From Ginglymostoma cirratum (lineage: Eukaryota): DNA of 64,000 nucleotides. The DNA lies in the NCBI GenBank assembly GCA_024137785.1, contig JAHRHZ010000139.1, forward strand, positions 38,052,717 through 38,116,716, given 5' to 3'. The number at the start of each line of letters is the position of its first letter. The first letter of the stretch is position 1. Positions 61,175-64,000 of the stretch are shown here, in pieces. The notes beneath the pieces were generated by a model. It was given only the letters and a program-made list of their open reading frames with translations. It did not search any database and was not told the DNA's origin. Made by a program: the position numbers and the translations under genes.

Positions 61175-62150
61175 AGTTTGGTCATGATGCCAAGATGTTA
61201 ATGGCATGTTCAGCATTGGTAATGCCATTGAATGGAGATGGGTAGATTAGCCATTATTATTTGGCACTTGTGTAGCATAAATGTTACTTGCCACACACCA
61301 CTCCAAGCTTTGGTGTTAACTGGATCTTTCTGCACGTAGACTCCAACTGACTGACCAGCTGAGGATTTGTGAATGGTGCTGAATGTTGTCACTATCCCTC
61401 CCTCTGACCTTTTAGGGAGAAGAAGGTTATTGATGAAGCAACTGACAGTATCTTGAACATGTGCAATGTCGTTCTGGGGCAGAGATGACTGCCTCTCAAC
61501 AGCCTTGGTTATCTTTGTGTTAAGTATGACTCTAGCCAGAAAATAGTTCTTTGCTCTTACTTAATTTGATTCTAGTTTTGTCAGGGTTCCTTGCTACCAC
61601 CTTCAGTCAAATCTGGCATTGATATCAAGAGCAGTCATTCAATCCTTATTTCTGCCATTTGCACTTTTGCCCATGACTAGGCTTGTAATGAGATCAGGAA
61701 TAGAGGGAGCCTAGTGGAACTTGACCTGCTCACTGCTCAGTTTATTGTTAAGCAAGTACCGCTTGGTTGCAATGTTGATGACGTTTCTTCCATTACTTTG
61801 CCGCCACATGTTTATATTCTCAATCACTTGGGCCGGGTAATGGCCTAGTCTTTTTGTGGACAGAAAGACCAATTTTCTACAAACAGGTAGATACCTGTGG
61901 TGTAGCTGTACGACAGCAGCTTGCCATTGAGCGCAAGTATTCAGTGCAAGACCAGGCTGTTTTGGAGATCTTCTTCGCTTTTGCTGTGTTCACTGCTTCA
62001 GCTGTTACTTAATATTGCGTGGAGTGAGTCAATTAACCCGAAGTCTGGTATCTGTGATGCTGGGATAGTCAGAAGAAGCTCATGTGGACTTAATCATTAA
62101 GATCCTTACCATCCATCACTTAGTTATGGATGATTGCCATGAATCTCCAG
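61175..62150 (-). mobile_element. Old LINE RT fragment (CR1/L2 group)
   Basis: WSGVWQVTFMLHKCQ (cf. W...WQVTF.P.KCQ); ttgatatcaagagcagtc, which reads TALDIN on the minus strand. Confidence 0.6.
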
Positions 62151-63554
62151 CCTTTGACTGAAACTTGACTCATGTTGCTCTTTGCTGTTCTCTCAAACGC
62201 TCCTATTTGCTGTACTTTACACCACACTATCCTGCCCTAGTCATGTGTAGTGTTAGTGAAGAATGTCTCTTGCCCTCATCTTGGGATTAAGCTTCAAGTT
62301 AATGCAATGCCGCTTAGTCCACTATGCCATCTCCCATGTTCTTGTGCCTTTGACTATAGGACATTTTTGAGTACTACTGAATATATTTTGTAAAATTTGA
62401 AGTGAGCCTTACAAGATCAATTCTCATTCCTCAATGTCATTTCCCATAATTTGAAACCAATTATCAACTAATTCTTGAAGTTTTGTTGTATCAACCTCGT
62501 TGCTGGCTTATGTTCTGCGTAATACTGCCGCAGGATAAAACTTGGGGGTAAATTGTTAATGAGAACTGTTTATCTATGATAAGGGTCTGTCAATCTGAAA
62601 TAAAAAAAAAACCCACGAAAGGAACGGAGGGTGGCATTTCAGCTGTGAGCCTTAATTAGAGCTGGCATAATCGGGCTGAAGAAAACATTTTAATAGGATT
62701 CACTGAAGTGAGGACGGATGGATAGTGTTGGGAAATCTGGTAGTTTGTTGTGGTATGGGCCACATGCCCAAAGCTCAGCTGCAGTATTGTCATTGGAAAA
62801 CTTTTTGTGGCTGTTCCGTTTGTTCTCAACATGCTTTGATCATTGCTGCTTTGTATATTTTTCTTATTATATTAATGTTCATATTTACTGGGACAACTGG
62901 CTTTGTTTAGACTCTTTGATCATTTGAGATTATTTTGTCAGTGTTGTATGCACATGTATTCTTAAGGGATCATAATGTTTGTGATCAGACAGGCTCAGGT
63001 TACTGTGACTGCAGGTCGCCCAGTGTCAGGGAGCTTGAGGGTGAATGTTCTGTACCTCCTGTTGCCTAAGGGCTACTCCTCCATATCTGGCTTCAAGTCA
63101 GTTCATGCTCCAGATCTTTTCGACTGCCTGACTGAGGCAGGACCAGTGGCATGGATCTACTGAGGGTTGTCCAGGTTAGGCATGGCTCTTAGAGCTAGGT
63201 GCTGTGGTTACCTGCCCTTTTTGTTTCCTGTGATTCTGGATGGTAAGCGTTGCATGAAGCTGGAGAGTGAGCAGGATCTCAGTAATAAAATACTATCCAA
63301 ATTTCACCATCTGTTTTATTTGGTATAACTGTAAAACTGTCTGTCTTTAATGTTATCCCTCATTATGAAAACCTTCAAGCGATTTTCTAATAACATCATT
63401 TAAACTTCAGTTTCTTTCTGCCTTTTTTGTTTTTTGATCATCTAATCCTTCGAATTCAGACCCTCAAAGCAATTTTTAAAATCTTTTATTTAATGCTCAG
63501 ACAACCCTAGTTGCTGGCTTATTTAGGCATGCCCTAAACACTGATCTTTCATTT

Positions 63555-63960
63555 TTAAAGGAAGATTTTATGTTTGTACATCGCTTTCATGATTTCAGAA
63601 TTCCCCGAAGTGTTTTGTAAACAATCAAGTAGTGTTGAAATATAACTGTTCTTAATGTCGGACAAATGTTAGCTAGCTTGGCCTTAAGATGGATGGCCAG
63701 ATCATCATCCATTTCCAGCTGTTAACAGACAGATCAATATTGTCAAGGAGACAGAGAATTCACTACCTTCTGTTTTCCTGATAGTATCATTCGGTGTTCT
63801 GTATCTGTGGGAGACACCAGACAGAGTCTTGCTTATTGGCTTATCGGGAAAAATCACATGTCTATCAATATTCTTTTTTTATTTTGGAGTACTGACTTAA
63901 AGAATATTTTGTGGACTCCTGCATGGTACCACTCTGGTATTATGTAGTTTGTACATTGGA
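63555..63960 (-). mobile_element. DeuSINE-like SINE, old
   Basis: Reverse-complement similarity to 28315-28730 and 1385-1800. Confidence 0.5.
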
Positions 63961-64000
63961 GATAGCCCTGTATATTTCATACAGGACAACTTTACCTGTT

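Noticed and set aside
1-64000. CRISPR arrays, operons or prokaryotic defence systems
   Set aside because: The sequence is eukaryotic, and no regularly spaced repeat-spacer array was seen.

Overview
Vertebrate genomic DNA, most likely a shark or other cartilaginous fish (inferred from the repeat families: V-SINE/HE1-like, DeuSINE-like, CR1 and abundant Penelope-like elements). The only host coding sequence I can support is the terminal coding exon of SLC35G1 (223-988, +), probably followed by a long 3' UTR. The remaining ~58 kb is intergenic/intronic and dominated by decayed transposons: CR1 LINEs (one near full length, 22.1-25.6 kb), L2-like fragments, tRNA-derived SINEs, a probable solo LTR, Harbinger fossils and at least 14 Penelope-like element (PLE) insertions. 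The most notable pattern is in the PLEs. Their 3' ends carry a minimal hammerhead ribozyme (CUGANGA-a-stem II-GAAACGUH). Several 85-210 bp mini-copies with target-site duplications, single-armed or fold-back hairpins, end or invert inside that ~35-nt ribozyme, and 13 of 14 copies share one orientation. A CpG-richer, repeat-poor stretch at 44.4-45.9 kb may be the promoter of the next gene (PLCE1 by tetrapod synteny; inference only). Two N-gaps both fall in PLE hairpins. Boundaries of old repeats are approximate, read by eye.
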